Source: Laetmonice hystrix
Taxonomy: Eukaryota
DNA length: 64,000 nucleotides
Direction: 5' to 3'
Assembly (NCBI GenBank): GCA_965235115.1
Contig: OZ249436.1
Span: forward strand, 6,574,001 to 6,638,000
Part shown: piece after piece, positions 1-14,458 of the stretch
Layout: each line of letters opens with the position of its first letter
Numbering within the stretch: the first letter of the stretch is position 1
Position numbers and translations under genes: made by a program
The notes under the pieces: generated by a model
What the model was told of the DNA's origin: nothing
The model's database searches: none
Seen by the model: only the letters and a program-made list of their open reading frames with translations

Positions 1-290
1 TTTTCTCAATTCGCCATCAAAGTGTTAGCGAGGCTTTGAAATTAGTGCGTTGAAGAAAGCACAGGTCCGTGAACAGAGTGTCACAATTACCTTCCTCCGG
101 TACTTGTGTCGTTGCACCAGTCCACCCAGCTACGCCAACACATGTACTCGTCAGACGGGGAAAGCTGTGAAGATCAGAAACCGCAGAAAGAAAAAATTAC
201 ATTAAATCATTTGGAAAATGAGGTTCTACCTATTATCTGTAAGAATAACAGCATGTTGGGGGAAGAGATGTCATATTGCTGCCTTTCATT

Positions 291-472
291 TTGAAACCCC
301 CAGACTGTACCTCAGAACTGGGGTCACTGCATTGAAACCCCCAGACTGTACCTCAGAACTGGGGTCACTGCATTGAAACCCCCAGACTGTACCTCAGAAC
401 TGGGGTCACTGCATTGAATCCCCCAGACTGTACCTCAGTAAGGTAACTGTAACTGGGGTCACTGCATTGAAA
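291..472. repeat. 41-bp minisatellite, ~4 copies
   Basis: Unit ttgaaacccccagactgtacctcagaactggggtcactgca repeated; the last copy carries a small insertion. Confidence 0.9.
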
Positions 473-695
473 GCTGTTATTGGAGGAAAATTGAAATATG
501 TGGCAGAGAAACAATGCAGCACTCCTCCAGGTGCAGATGTCATTTGAGCTGACCTCACATGGAGTATTCCATTCGGGGTAAGCACCGCTGTACAATGAGC
601 AATCTGCCGTAGCTGGGAGGGGGTACAGGGTTGGTGTCACCTGCCTCATTGTTTACTGTTCCATTGTGTGACAGGATACCTCCCCCCGTATGGTC

Positions 696-817
696 GGAGG
701 AGGAAGAGGAAGGGGGAGAGGAAGGAACCTCCTCCTCCTCCTCCTCCCCTCCTCCTCCCTTTCCTCCTCCATCTCCTCCCCCCATTCCTCCTCCTCCTCC
801 TCCTCCTCCTCCTCCTC
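696..817. repeat. GGA-rich purine tract followed by (CCT)n pyrimidine tract
   Basis: Low-complexity sequence; it explains the poly-P, poly-G and poly-R ORFs at 555-861. Confidence 0.85.
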
Positions 818-2192
818 CGGCACAGCTGTAAAGTGTAATTGCTAACGACACCTTCAGTCATCGGTCCGTCAGGAAGGCAGTGTCCCAGATTTGAATCTTC
901 TCTTGGTCTTATTCAGATAGGTAATGGGTCGCCCTGCCTCTAATCTCCTCCCGTAATTCTTGGAAGTATTACAGGGAGAATAACCCAACGAGAAATTGAG
1001 GTAAAATTGCCTGAAATCTCACAATGCGACGATAACAAGTTGCAACTTAATTGTGAGTATTTTAATCGTCCAGTAATTTATTTAACGTTTAGGAATGATG
1101 TCAGACAAGCAAGCAAGCTCAATCCACACAAACATAGTTGGATACTTGTAAACAGGTTAAACCTTTCCCATGAAAGTTCCATCCAGGCAAGACTAGAAAG
1201 CATAGTACAGAAGATGTACAAGATCCTCAGGCTGTCATTAAAACAACCTTGGTAAGAAGTCGTTTTGATTGCACTAACAATAGTCTCAGACTCAGTGGCC
1301 GTCAGCGTCCGCAGCCAAATTAAAACAGTTCAACCTTCCCCAATAGGTTTGATATTTTGGTTTTCTCCGATGTTTTCCGTCATAAAACTATTTGTTCGTG
1401 TATTATATCTTGATTGAACAGAACTTGTTAATGTATATTGCCCAGTTAACTTGATGTCAGTTCCGCTTAGTTTGTTAACTCTTTGTCCTTGTTGTATATC
1501 TAGTGCTAGAACCGGATTTGGAACAAAAGAATATCATTAATTCTTGAATGAACAAAGCTGTGTGTTATATAGGGCTTACGGTTGGGAGATTGGGTACGTC
1601 AAAACCGTCAGCTTGTTTCAGAGCTCAGGGTGGAAAAAAACAAAGAACGCATTGAGTTGGTATTAAGAATCATGTTGAACGTCAGGCCTTGTCACCTCCG
1701 CAGCTGAAATAGATGGTTTTGTGGGAATTCGTTCCATTATTCAACACAGCTTGTTGGAAGAATGTTGTATTCTGTTATCAAGTAGAACTCGTCCATCGTG
1801 ACAGCTATGACAACCTGCGCTTAAACAAAATTTAACTTGAAAACTAGGGCGTGAAATAATAATGATGACATGTCTATCAATATAATAGGATATTCTCCTG
1901 CTTACGAATTAAAAGTATGCGTTATACAATATATAAAAACGATCATTAAAACATGGATGCGTGACTAGAAGAAATACCCATGCACAAATTTAAGAAAAGT
2001 TCGCAAAAAATGCGCGGAAATACATCTTCACGAAGATAACCCAATCCACCACAGTAATCTCGAAATCTCTATGTAGACCACTACTACGTTACAGTGCGCG
2101 ATTCAACGAGAATTGCGGTTTGCAGGCCCAAACTGGCGACAGCCAAATTCCGGTTCCGGTCATTTAACATTGGTAGGCCCATTGAAAAAACG

Positions 2193-2546
2193 TTCTCTCC
2201 CGCTCCGTCTCCGGGCCTCAGCAATCTGTGAGATAGTGTGACGTCTCCGGGCCTCAGCAATCTGTGAGATAGTGTGACGTCTGCAGACTACATGCTAGGG
2301 ATTCTCTCCCGCTCCGTCTCCGGGCCTCAGCAATCTGTGAGATAGTGTGACGTCTGCAGACTACATGCTAGGGATTCTCTCCCGCTCCGTCTCCGGGCCT
2401 CAGCAATCTGTGAGATAGTGTGACGTCTCCGGGCCTCAGCAATCTGTGACGTCTGCAGACTACATGCTAGGGATTCTCTCTCCCGCTCCGTCTCCGGGCC
2501 TCAGCAATCTGTGAGATAGTGTGACGTCTGCAGACCACATGCTAGG
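2193..2546. repeat. ~73-bp minisatellite with internal ~36-bp sub-duplications
   Basis: ttctctcccgctccgtctccgggcctcagcaatctgtgagatagtgtgacgtctgcagactacatgctaggga repeated ~4 times. Confidence 0.9.
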
Positions 2547-3849
2547 AAACCTTTGAATGGCACGTTATATTTCATTGTAATAAAATAAGTCCGCAAAGTC
2601 ATTTTCAATCATTGATGTAAATGTAAATTACGATCCCTTCCTTAGAGGCACTCCTTTTTAGAAAGCATCAACGTTAGAGCTAAAAAGACTTGATCACAAA
2701 TAAATGAAATGTAATAATGTCACCACTGAATCAGGTGACAGCGTGATTTATAAAAAAATAAACTTTATTTCAGGCTGGAAATGGCACGGAAGGGATTGAG
2801 ATAATCGGTACATGCTGCGGCAACTTGTCAAGGGATTCCAACAGGACAGGAGTTGGGGGAAATCCCTTAGACATTAACGAGGGGATCAATTCCAGCAATT
2901 TCTGCTTTAACCGCGCAGAAATCATGTTTGCAGAGAAATTCAGAAAGACAGTCATGACATTATGGCCAGAATTCGTATAAGCCAGGCTATTTCTCTATGT
3001 CTTGATTTTGAGCCTGGAAGATAGAAAGCCCCCTGTTAAAGCGCTCATTATGGATAGAGACATCAACGTAATGGCAGTGAAAACCTAACGGCCCAATTTA
3101 TAGAGAGATCCTCACCATAAGGAATGCCCTTCCCTCAGAAATCTTGCGTTAAGTAGAAGCTGTTGCAAGTCATGGGATAGGGACGTTGGCATTGAGTCCT
3201 GCCATTTTTAGCTGCAGATATATAGCGTCTGACATTGATCAGCATGTTTTGATACTCTGCTATCAGTTTTAATAACGTGAAGACCGTTGTAATTATGTAC
3301 GTTCATGTTATTACTGATTATCTCTACCAGGGACCTGTCATATTGTCAGTAGGTCGTATGAATGAGTAGATATAGCAAATATTTTACAACAAACTGAGTA
3401 CTGAAGGTTGAAGCATTTTGAGGTTCTGAGAACAGATATTGGGAGAACACTGTCAAGGCAGAAATATATCGCCCGGGGCACTGGTTCACGATATGCTTTT
3501 GCAATCTAAAGCAATCCTCTTCAAGACAATTTTCTATTTTCTACTCCAATGGCCAAGCCAGGGGTATAGTTTGATAGATATGCAATCAGGTACAAAATAT
3601 CCATCAACGCAAACGTTTGGATTATCAGAAACCTATATCCAAAAATTGCATATCCAGTTCAGTATCCAGATATCCAGAAGTATAACGATTAATCTATGCA
3701 TTGAATTATATTATTAGCAGTACTCCTGGTATGGTCCGCGTGACACCAAGAATCCAACCAACGTGTCCACTGGCGGTAACAACCTTGATGAGGGAAACTG
3801 GAAGAGTCCGAGAGATATCAGAAATAAGTTCACAGAATGAGAGACATGA

Positions 3850-4400
3850 AAGGCGGAGACGGTTTTCTGAAATTTCTTTGACATCAATAAGAATTCAATA
3901 CATGAGGTCACCAGGTCAGCACTCTGAGACAGTGGCTGCCCTGGGTGTGTTCTTAAAACTGGTGCCATTCTAACCTTGATACAACACTCAAACCTTGTGA
4001 GGTGTGACCTCGAATGCCTCCCAGGCCCGACCTGTATATCACACACTTGTAAATTGCATGTGTTGATGAGTAGCAGAAATCTGTCAGTTGTAATGATAGC
4101 TTTCAACTGCAGGCTTACATTGACCTATGTGATATTGGGGCCAAGCAAGCACACAAATCATTTCCTATCAGAGACAGCTGCCATCAACAAGATTGTCATA
4201 AATGTATGTGGACAATGGTGATGTGGGCAACACTTGCAAGGAGTCAGCGCAATGCTGACCTCTGATATGGAAAATCAAAATGGATCAGTCTATGCCTCAA
4301 AAGTGGTTGTTCAGCACGAATCCATCCTTACAAATGGAAACTGCTGAGCTATGGGAATGGATCGAGTCCTTGCATTAGAAAACACGGCCATGCTCGAGTA
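3850..4400 (+). mobile_element. Probable highly decayed RTE-clade LINE ORF remnant (post-RT region)
   Basis: Fragments in shifting frames (NSIHEVTR, ISHTCKLHVLMSSRNLSVVMIAFNCRLTLT, YQRQL, KWL) occur in the order of the RTE motifs SIDxEIxxRI / LSxKTKLRxYxSxVLSVLLYGxETWTL / FHQRCLR / RWLGH; recognised by eye only. Confidence 0.35.
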
Positions 4401-7400
4401 TGTACAAGGGAATAGCCTGGAATGTATTCCAGAAATATATGTTTTTCTGTATGACTTCACAGAGAAAATAAAAAGATTTAGATCATACATACGTCATTGT
4501 CTCGGTCTAATATAAGACTGCCCTTGTTTACTTATATTATTGCGTGACATAGAACGTTTTTAACGTCAGTAAAGATAAAGGGCGGATCACGGGAAGGCCA
4601 GAAGGGCATGTTAGGATGTGTTGTAACTTTTGTTGTACTGTAGTAACGTGAGAGACAACATGAAGGGAGTTCTAAATCTATGATGCCCGTTTTGTGTGCA
4701 TTCGACAACAACAAATTTCATAAATAGAATCTCCTTTCAGAGAAATTATGTTTTGTGGCCTTTATCTGGTCCGCTCATTACGTTTGGTGATTTAGTACTC
4801 AAATAATCCTCAGGTCTTGTTGCTGAAACTGCATCCGTGCCTCATTTATGTAAATGGTCTCCTTAAAAGTAATGTTTTTATGTCTGGATGCTGGTGTTGG
4901 GAATTCTCGACAACTCTTGCAGGTTTAGAGGCTTAGAGTTTCTCACCCAGTTGGTTTATTTACCAAATTACGGTACACGTCATGTTGTACTTACAGCCAT
5001 CCAATTTGCAGACGGCCTGTTTAAGTCTTACCCGGATAAGTGTTTAATTAAATGATTACGTATGAATCCAAGTTGTATATTAGAACCTTCAATTACGTAT
5101 CTCTGTCATAGTGAGGATATATAATTATTATTACATGACAGATTCACGCTCAGCCACCTCTGGTTGCCTCCAGAGGGAGCTGTTTCCACGTTTGCAGCCG
5201 GTTCCAGCCTGTCACTCAGCTCCTGTTTGTTACAATTCCAGTGTATTCTGATTGGGATTCTGACGACCAAAGTTACCAAAGGTGACCCAACTGACCCGTG
5301 ACCTGCTCCGTAGAAATGACGCAAGGCAACCCACAAGATTAAGGGGAGAACCCATCATTATGTCGGACGGTATAGGCCGATTCGACAGGATTAGCAGTTG
5401 GTTGATGTTGAAGGAAGCGTAGTTTTTTCTTCCCGATTTTGTCATTTACATACAGGTCGTGTGCTGTCCAATGTCGTCACTCGAATCTCCCAATAGAAGA
5501 CCAGCTGCAAACCGTAGATGTCATTTAATAGACCGTGAGGCCTTGAGACTGTATGCGCAGCAAAATAATTGTAAGACTTTATTGGCCCAATCAATCTGCG
5601 ACCCGATTCTCTCCAGGGACTGACCCGACAGTCACTCCTGACGCTCCATTGTTAGACCATCCTCCGTGACACAGCTAGAATTGGCTATAGAGGCTCAACC
5701 GGCGCTCATCACCATGGAAATACTCTTGGGTTGAGACGTTTAAATCTCTCTGAACAGTTATGACGCAAGGAAACTTTGCAAACTTTGCAAAAAGAAAGGA
5801 CAATTTCAGTGCAGTTTGAAATCGCTTTACCATTGAAGGGAGTTGTGCGTGACGTATTCGTCTGATAATATGCTTATCTTCAAGTTATTAAGTCAGCTTT
5901 CTGCTCAATAATTGTGGCGTCTAGTGGCAATCCCTGGCGTATGGACGCAATATTGTAATATTGTTTCTAGACTGCTAGCAATACTTTACACAGGAGTTCT
6001 GAAAGGCTCCATAAATGAAGTTGCGTGCTTTAATGGCCCATATCGCTTGATTATGCATGCAGAAGGTCTTGCTATATTTAACCGCGGATTCTACAAAATA
6101 GAGTTCATGGGAATAATGCAGTCAGTGCAGTTATTGCGTTCCCTTACCGTGCCATATGTGATAGAATTGCCAACCCCGCCTCCTGCCCTGGGCTATACGT
6201 GCTCTCAGACCTATATCGCATCATCCCGTTCTGTCGTCAAACTATGAATCAGTAAATATTTGATATGAACTCGTTGACAAAAGTAAACCACCGCCTGAAA
6301 CTCGAGTCATTGCCCTCTGTGACCCCGCAGGGCTAATTAAAATGAGAATAGCTACAGAGGGGGATTATGACATCGTTTGATGTAGGTAAAATAAATGCAG
6401 ATTTCATTATAGTATAGCCAGGAGGGATGCGGTGTTGAGGTTCTTATTACATCAAGAAGCAGATTGAAATACGGTAATTTCAGTCGTAGCTGAACTTTCT
6501 CTGAGCGCTATTGTGTTAACGGTTTTAGGTTTTGTTTGTTTTTTGTGTGTTTGTGCACAGACGAACAAAGATATTGTCTTATTAACGGTGCTGGAATTCT
6601 TTTGTCTCAGACGAATGAACATCGGTTATCAGTAGGATTACAAGATAAAACGCTGAAATTGTATCTCCGTGATGTTGATGGAATCAAATTCAGATTTAAA
6701 TTGGAATTTGTTGCTATGGCAATTCAGGCGTGGACGAGTGGGCGGGCGGGCGTGTTTACTGTCATAAAGAGCTTCAAGTCGGCTTTGTTTACAGAAAGCT
6801 TCGCGTCTTATCGAAAACAATATTATTTTCAACTTATTATTATACATAATTATTCATAAATCTGAGCATGAAGTATACCTTAGTAGATGGTATATCTTTT
6901 ATAGATAGTTTGGTGCATGCTTTATAACTTTAATATATTATCGTTATTTTTTTAGCGTAAAATGGTCATTTATATAGGCAGCGTTCTTTGGTAACAGCTG
7001 ATTGAAGAAACTTTTGATCTTTTCTCAGAGAACATTAGACAAAGATCGCATCATAAATATAATACTTGAGTGGCAATTTCTCTGCCATTTTCTATTCGAG
7101 ATGTGTTTATTATTATGAGAAGCGTTGTTGAATGGGTTTCTCTGAAGTTATTACTAGAAGCACTTAAGTAAAGCAGATGGCGACTGCAACACACAGGTTT
7201 ATGAGGGCCAAGAAATCTATTTATAGGACACTTACAGAGATTTGTGCTTTCCGCGATAGCACATGCGCATAGGGTAATGTGCATCTTTATTTAGGACTCT
7301 CCAGTAAACATCCCTGAGATCGCCTTTCTGGTAGAAAACAAAATCATTTTCCTTGATGATGTGCTACTGTAGGTGATGAATCACGTTTGTCGGGTGTCAG

Positions 7401-10400
7401 TCTCAGCCGGTACTTTAGAAACGAGACTGGGGCACGGGGTAGAGAATAGAGGCGTAACGAGAACAAAAGGGAAGGAAAGAGCTCCATGAAAGGGAGAAAA
7501 TGATGAATACCAGTTCAAGAGCGAATCGATCGGGACGGGTTAAGGAGGAGGAGCCCGTTTTCTCATCATCACCAAGATGAGCTTAGCTAAAGACAGTGGT
7601 TTAGTGGTCAGAGAAACGGAACTTGGAGACTGTCGCGTAGCATATCCTGAGGTAGATCGTACGTGATAGCATCTCCAAGTTTGTAATTACTAGTCAGATC
7701 TAAATATCAAACCCTATTTCTACCCCAGAACCTAACCCAAACTAATCCCTGTCTCCGCATACATCGTACCTCTAACCCCTGCCCTACCCGCTAACCCCAA
7801 CCGTACGGACACCTCCCCCACCCCCTTTATCCACCGCTGTGATCCCTGTGCTTCCTGAGATAATACGGGTGTCTGATGTCTCGTGTATTTTATGTCCTAC
7901 ACAGCTCATTCTTTAGCACAGGTTCCAAAATCGTTAGCTACCAACCTTAAATGAATACTGAACATGCTGAAAAGATCTGCGCCCTCCTCTCTAACTGGAT
8001 CATGTACCACTAACTTTCTAAATTACTCTAATAAACATTCATTCATCACTTCTAAACATCTGTGTGAAAAAGCGGCCATTGACATAAGAGATTAATATAG
8101 TCCATAATCTTGCAATAGCAGAGAATATGTCTTGATTAATTTCTCCCTGAGATAAGTCCATAATGTAACCACTTCAGTGAGCAGATCGCTACAAGGCGAG
8201 CGAGTTGGCGAAGCCACCGTTGTGCATGGCTAGGAATGCTGGGGAAACACGGAGAAGCCAGAACTGTGGCCTCCTCCTATTTGCATAAAAGACATTTATG
8301 ACACTATAAATTTTATCCTCCGTTCGACTCGAGGAGTGATTGGATATTATGCATGCGAGTAGAAGGTTACAAACTCCCATGCAACCATTCATGATATGCT
8401 TCTTGGGATGCAAATAGTGGACGGTTAGCAATGAGGGCCGCATCGGTCGGTCCTCGTTCGCTGCCCTTAAAGGGGGAGGCGGCATGCACGTTGAGATGTC
8501 GTGGCCCTCCTTGGTATTCTCCCGTGCTGCTCCAGCCCGGCGGAGCCATCTATAAAGGATGTAGCCAGCCCCCAGGAGAAGTGATTGATGGAGGTTTTAT
8601 AGGAGATGCATTTATAGTCTTCCTCTGCCGTGGGTTCTCTAAAACGGCTCTTCTATTACATGATGTTTGGTAGTCTAACCCTGAGCCGTAATTCTCCCCT
8701 GTCTCTGACAGCTACACTGGACGATTCACTAAGACATGACTGACTGCGCTGCTAGGGGAAGTGTGAGGTGCCACTTCAGTGAGCGGAACACTGAGCTTCC
8801 TGGCAACTACAAATGATCACCTTTACTGGTCCCATGGCCGTCGTAGAGAGAACCATTTCTTTAACCACTGCAGTATGCGGTAAAACCTGGCAGTCAAGGT
8901 AGCCTTCACCAGATAAAGACCTCATGCCCATCGTGAACCCCGACTGATAGAATATATTTACATAATTCTGGCATGCATCCGGTGCACATTTCAATGAAGA
9001 CTGACCATCCGAAAGTAAAATTCTCTCATGATAAGGACCTTGAATATTGTCTTCTCATGCAAGGATCGATCGTTAACGCAATGGACAGAGTAGGTTAAGA
9101 GCGACAAGATTTATCTCACGTACATACTTTTATCTCTATACTTCGGGTCGAGTTAGAGCTAGAACATTATTCAAGATATCTAAGGTTTCGGACATTGTGA
9201 TGTATGTATAATGTTAATTTATGTCATTTTTGGATATAAGAATTTTGTCATCATGACTTCCTTCACTTAGAAGCGAATAAAGGCACAAACGTCAAACTGT
9301 GTACCATTTTAAAAAATATGACTTAGTAATTATAAAGAGCATTATGGGTAGCATGCGTGATTATAATACCCCACCCACTTTGTTAGTGAACCAAGATATA
9401 CTGGTCAGTTTTGCTGCAATCCATGCAAATGCTAATGTCTACTAATCATGATGGATGGTCGTCGTGGCACTTAAATCTAAGTGAATTTGAGTCATCGGCT
9501 GTGTCTCTCAAAGTCACCGGAGGCTGAGCGCTCATTTGTGCTACACTAAATTACGGCGTGTTCATGGTAGCGATGGCCCCCGGCTTACAGAGATGGAAGC
9601 AAGGATCTGAAAGATACAATTGTTATTGGGGCATAAATGTCTGCCATAAGGCTGTTTTATCGGCGTCTATCGAAGAACTTCAGTATATTTCCAACTTATG
9701 ACCTCATATATTAAGGCTATAAATGCTTGGCTGTTGGATAACGTTTGGATAGCTTTGGGAAGGACTATTTTTCTGGACAGTAATGATGCTTTACGTCAAG
9801 AGAAGTCGCCAAGTTTTTGTATTATATCCGTCATATATAACACTGCGCATATATTCAAATAACTAGCATAGGTACTGCTAGTCGGAGTAAGGAATAAAAG
9901 TTACGAGGAAATGTTTCGATGAGTGAGGTGGTCTTTAATGTTATCATGTTCTAATTATAAGATAGATTAAGATCAATGTGCCTACATAATAAGGTGATCG
10001 TTTCGTAAATCAGTTAAATGAATTGTGGACTCGGGTCAAACTCTGGGTGTAAACTGAGGGATGATAAGTGCCCGTCCGCGCCACTCCCACGGACCTGGCC
10101 ATTAAATCCAGACTCGGTGTTGGTGAAAAGGTTGATGAAAGGCCAAGCGGCAAAGAGAGGAAAGCAGGTCGTATAACAGATTACTGCCCGCTGTTATATA
10201 TGAGGTGCCATCCAATATTGTGAGCGTGGCACGTCCAGGGTTATGATGGGTTAGTGGGAACCACAGCCGACATATTGATCCAAACAGGATGAGATGCTCG
10301 CAGCTACTAGAAATCTTCCAGTCGTACAGTTCTTCTGTTTGACAGAACTGTTGGGGAAATATGAAACATGACGTCCAGGCCTTACTTTAGGCTGTAGACT

Positions 10401-11779
10401 GCAGGCGAATCCAATTCCGGGCACATCTTTCATTGCTAAGAATTAGAACCTTATTGAGTTCCGCAGTCGTCGTTCTTGATGAATTTCTGAAGGCTTGAAG
10501 GAGATTATTATGAAATACAAACATCTCTAGAGTGGTAAAAAAAGGTTCACGTAAATTGTTGTCAGAGGACAAAGGCAGACATGCAGCCGTCCTCGAGAGA
10601 TTGGATGGAATCTATAATGAATCCGTTATGTGAATGGCATGGACATTGTAAACGTCCCCATAGCAATAGAAATCTTACATTCATTAAGGCTGGCCTTAGC
10701 AAGCGGCCGACGTAAGGAGATACCAAGTCGGTAAAACCACTGATCCATCCTTTACCTCCAATCAACTAATGATGAAACTGTAAGGTGGAAAATAACGCCG
10801 GCCCAGCAAAATCAGTGGCACACTATAGGACCGGGTGTGAATTATATATAAACCATTGTTCTACAGAGAATATCACCAACGTCACAAAACAAATTGAATT
10901 CTCAGAACTCATTACCGCGAGCTGTTTAGTAAAGGTTCATACAGAAGTACTTAACAAAGGAAGACAACTACAGTGTTTTTTAGATGACAAAGTTCGCATT
11001 GGAACACAATGAAAGAGGAAACTTAGATAAAAGCGATGATTAGAACAATGGTTGTAGCGACTTTTGTTTTCTTCGTTAAAAGGCAGTTGTTATTCCAAGT
11101 CGAGTTCCAGCAGGGTACGGGAGGCAGGTGGGGACGGTGGTGCTCTCTACCTCCGTGGTACCAGATCACAGCGCCCTGTCCGGCAGGTTGCCCCAGTCTA
11201 TAGATATCGCCCACCAGTCCCAGTGGCCTCATTCAGTGGCAGGTCCCTCGCCCACCTCCTCCCGTCTCTAGGGGACTGAAATGGCCAGGGTATCCTCTCG
11301 GCTTGTTTTAACTGGTTGGCCAGACTGTAGCCCATTCAATACCTGGTGGTGGTTGTGGTAGTCGGAGCAGCTGGACGGTGGAAGCTGTTACAGCGTGTGT
11401 AAGCACAGCCACAACCTTCAACCCTCCCGTTCTAATTGGATGTGTTACTTGGAGCAGGCATGCACAGAGACACAGGCACAAACATAGTAAGGAGACAGTC
11501 TAGTGAAAAATAATTTACCAACTGTTTCATTTTTGTGGGTGTTCTGGTTACTACCTCATGATATTTAGATTTACGCAGTTCAATGAAATTCGACTATCCG
11601 GACAGTTCCCAAATTTGGTTATTTTTTTTTTAATTATTCATGGAAGAATTCCTTTGTCAGTCAGTGTAGAGTAATACCTGAGATAGAAGGTTGTCAACAT
11701 ACTTGTCGCTTATATCCGTGCTTCAAACAGTTTCTCTACACCCTCCTTGCCTCACCTGCTTGTTCTAACATAACGGCAT

Positions 11780-12121
11780 GGTTGAGACAGCCAAGTTTGG
11801 TTGAGACCGCCAAGTTTGGTTGAGACAGCCGAGTTTGGTTGAGACAGCCAAGTTTGGTTGAGACCGCCAAGTTTGGTTGAGACAGCCAAGTTTTGTTGAG
11901 ACCGCCAAGTTTGGTTGAGACAGCCAAGTTTAGTTGAGACAGCCAAGTTTGGTTGAGACCGACAAGTTTGGTTGAGACAGCCAGGTTTGGTTGAGACAGC
12001 CAAGTTTAGTTGAGATAGCCAAGTTTGGTTGAGACAGCCAAGTTTAGTTGAGACAGCCAAGTTTGGTTGAGACAGCCAAGTTTAGTTGAGATAGCCAAGT
12101 TTGGTTGAGACAGCCAAGTTT
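11780..12121. repeat. 19-bp minisatellite, ~18 copies
   Basis: Unit ggttgagacagccaagttt. Confidence 0.95.
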
Positions 12122-13337
12122 GTCCTGTGCCTTTCATTGAATTCTCTCACATCGTAATGTTGGTTGCCCTCAGTGTAGGCCCAGCAGCTGAGCTCCCTGC
12201 CTTGGCAGCTTTCGCTGGTTGACTGGGATCTTCTGAGTACACTTTCAGTTCACTGTCGAGAAGGGATAATATTCTTATTAAGACAGAGACATTTAATCTG
12301 TGAGTGCAGAAATAGCTTTAAACTCGCGTTCTAACAAATGGGAAATTTTGTAATTTCTTTAGATTCAGTATAATTAAATGAGTTAATGAACTGAAGTACC
12401 TCACAGCTACCTTTTTAAGAACAACTCAGATCCAAGGAATTGGACAAAGCGGAAAGAAAATAAGTAAAAACCAACATTACCCCGCTGTGAAAATTGATTA
12501 CAATGAGAGCGCCATTGATTTTCCTGGTTGAGTATCAACTCTTGAGAACCGAGTCTGATCAGTGAACATAAATACAAGGAAAGCTCCAATACAATCTCGG
12601 AAATGTATTTGTTTGATACGACGATCTATACATAAATCTTGAATCCATATAAATCTTATGACAAATTATATCCGGACATCATTGACAGACTTAAGTGCTA
12701 ATGTTTCTAAGCTCCTAATTGATAGACTTAATGCAGACAGAGACTGAGGACTTCGACCTATTCCATCAGGCAGGACAGTAGTAAACTGTATACGGTGAAT
12801 ATTGATGCTTAGGATTAACTCGGTCAATGCTGGGGCTTTTGTTTGACTGGTAACCACCTCCTCCACCTCGAGGGGGAGAAAACAGAAAACACCAGCATGA
12901 CACACTTTGCTCAATCCGGCACATATAAAGCCAACCGTTTCTTCTGATCTTGCTCAAGATAGCTGAGCCTGAGGCTTAAGTGGCTGTGATGTTTTATTCG
13001 CGGTGTTTCTGCCATCGGAGATGAGGAACAGTCCATTGGTTCACACGCTTCCTCTGACAGGCTGACCTTTGGCTGTCAGGGAACGTGTGCTTAGTATGGC
13101 ATGGGCCGTAGAGGACACCCGGAACGGGAGGTCAGCTTCTTAACACGGGGATCCTTGGTAGTGAGTTACAGGAAATAGTCTGTGGATAGGTGGGAGCATC
13201 CTCAGGATAGGCGGGAGCATATTCTAGATGGGTGGGAGCATGCTTAGATAGATGAGAGTATCCTCATGGATAGGCAGAGTGGTTACAATATTCGTGCTCT
13301 TCTTATTGCGGACCTTGGTTATCCTGGCCATAGGGTG

Positions 13338-14104
13338 CCTTATGGCACAACCTTCTCGACGTGTTGTACGAGTCAATGTGGTCCTGATGGCACAACCTTC
13401 TCGACGTGTTGTACGAGTCAATGTGGTCCTGATGGCACAACCTTCTCGACGTGTTGTACGAGTCAATGTGGTCCTTATGGCACAACCTTCTCGACGTGTT
13501 GTACGAGTCAATGTGGTCCTTATGGCACAACCTTCTCGATGTGTTGTACGAGTCAGTGTGGTCCTTATGGCACAACCTTCTCGACGTGTTGTACGAGTCA
13601 ATGTGGTCCTCATGGCACAACCTTCTCGACGTGTTGTACGAGTCAGTGTGGTCCTTATGGCACAACCTTCTCGACGTGTTGTACGAGTCAATGTGGTCCT
13701 TATGGCACAACCTTCTCGACGCGTTGTACGAGTCAATGTGGTCCTTATGGCACAACCTTCTCGACGTGTTGTACGAGTCAATGTGGTCCTTATGGCACAA
13801 CCTTCTCGACCTGTTGTACGAGTCAGTGTGGTCCTTATGGCACAACCTTCTCGACGTGTTGTACGAGTCAATGTGGTCCTCATGGCACAACCTTCTCGAC
13901 GTGTTGTACGAGTCAGTGTGGTCCTTATGGCACAACCTTCTCGACGTGTTGTACGAGTCAATGTGGTCCTTATGGCACAACCTTCTCGACGCGTTGTACG
14001 AGTCAATGTGGTCCTTATGGCACAACCTTCTCGACGTGTTGTACGGGTCAATGTGGTCCTTATGGCACAACCTTCTCGACGTGTTGTACGAGTCAGTGTG
14101 GTCC
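13338..14104. repeat. 45-bp minisatellite, ~17 copies
   Basis: Unit ccttatggcacaaccttctcgacgtgttgtacgagtcaatgtggt; stop-free in five frames, giving ORFs with 15-aa periodicity. Confidence 0.95.
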
Positions 14105-14458
14105 AAGCGAAGATGGAGAAATATAACCCTTTTCCTCATTAAACTTCAAGGTCGAGGTAGTTTTGCTGGTCACAGTTGGTGTTTGAAACATTGAGCTCCT
14201 GTTTCCTTGTCACAAGGCCTCGGTGTTTAGGATTCTGTCGTCAGTGTTTAAATAAACACACTGTTTCATTGAGAGGCCACGTTTTGACAGTGTTACGGGG
14301 ATGTAGAGCCTTCCTATGTGGCAAGCAATTAGGTCTTGTGGGTGTGGAGTTGGCTTTAAAAGTGTGAGCGACAATCTGACGTTCATGTCAAATGACGTGG
14401 AGGACTGTCAGCAGCCAGGAGAAAGACATTGAAAGGCCGTCTTTGAGGAGACAAGAAC

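Noticed and set aside
7720..7802. Telomere-like CCCTAA remnants
   Set aside because: Too short and degenerate to call an interstitial telomere
13266..14126. Cys-rich metallothionein- or keratin-associated-like ORF (CCTSQCGPY repeats)
   Set aside because: Unit variants are mostly non-synonymous in this frame; no independent gene evidence
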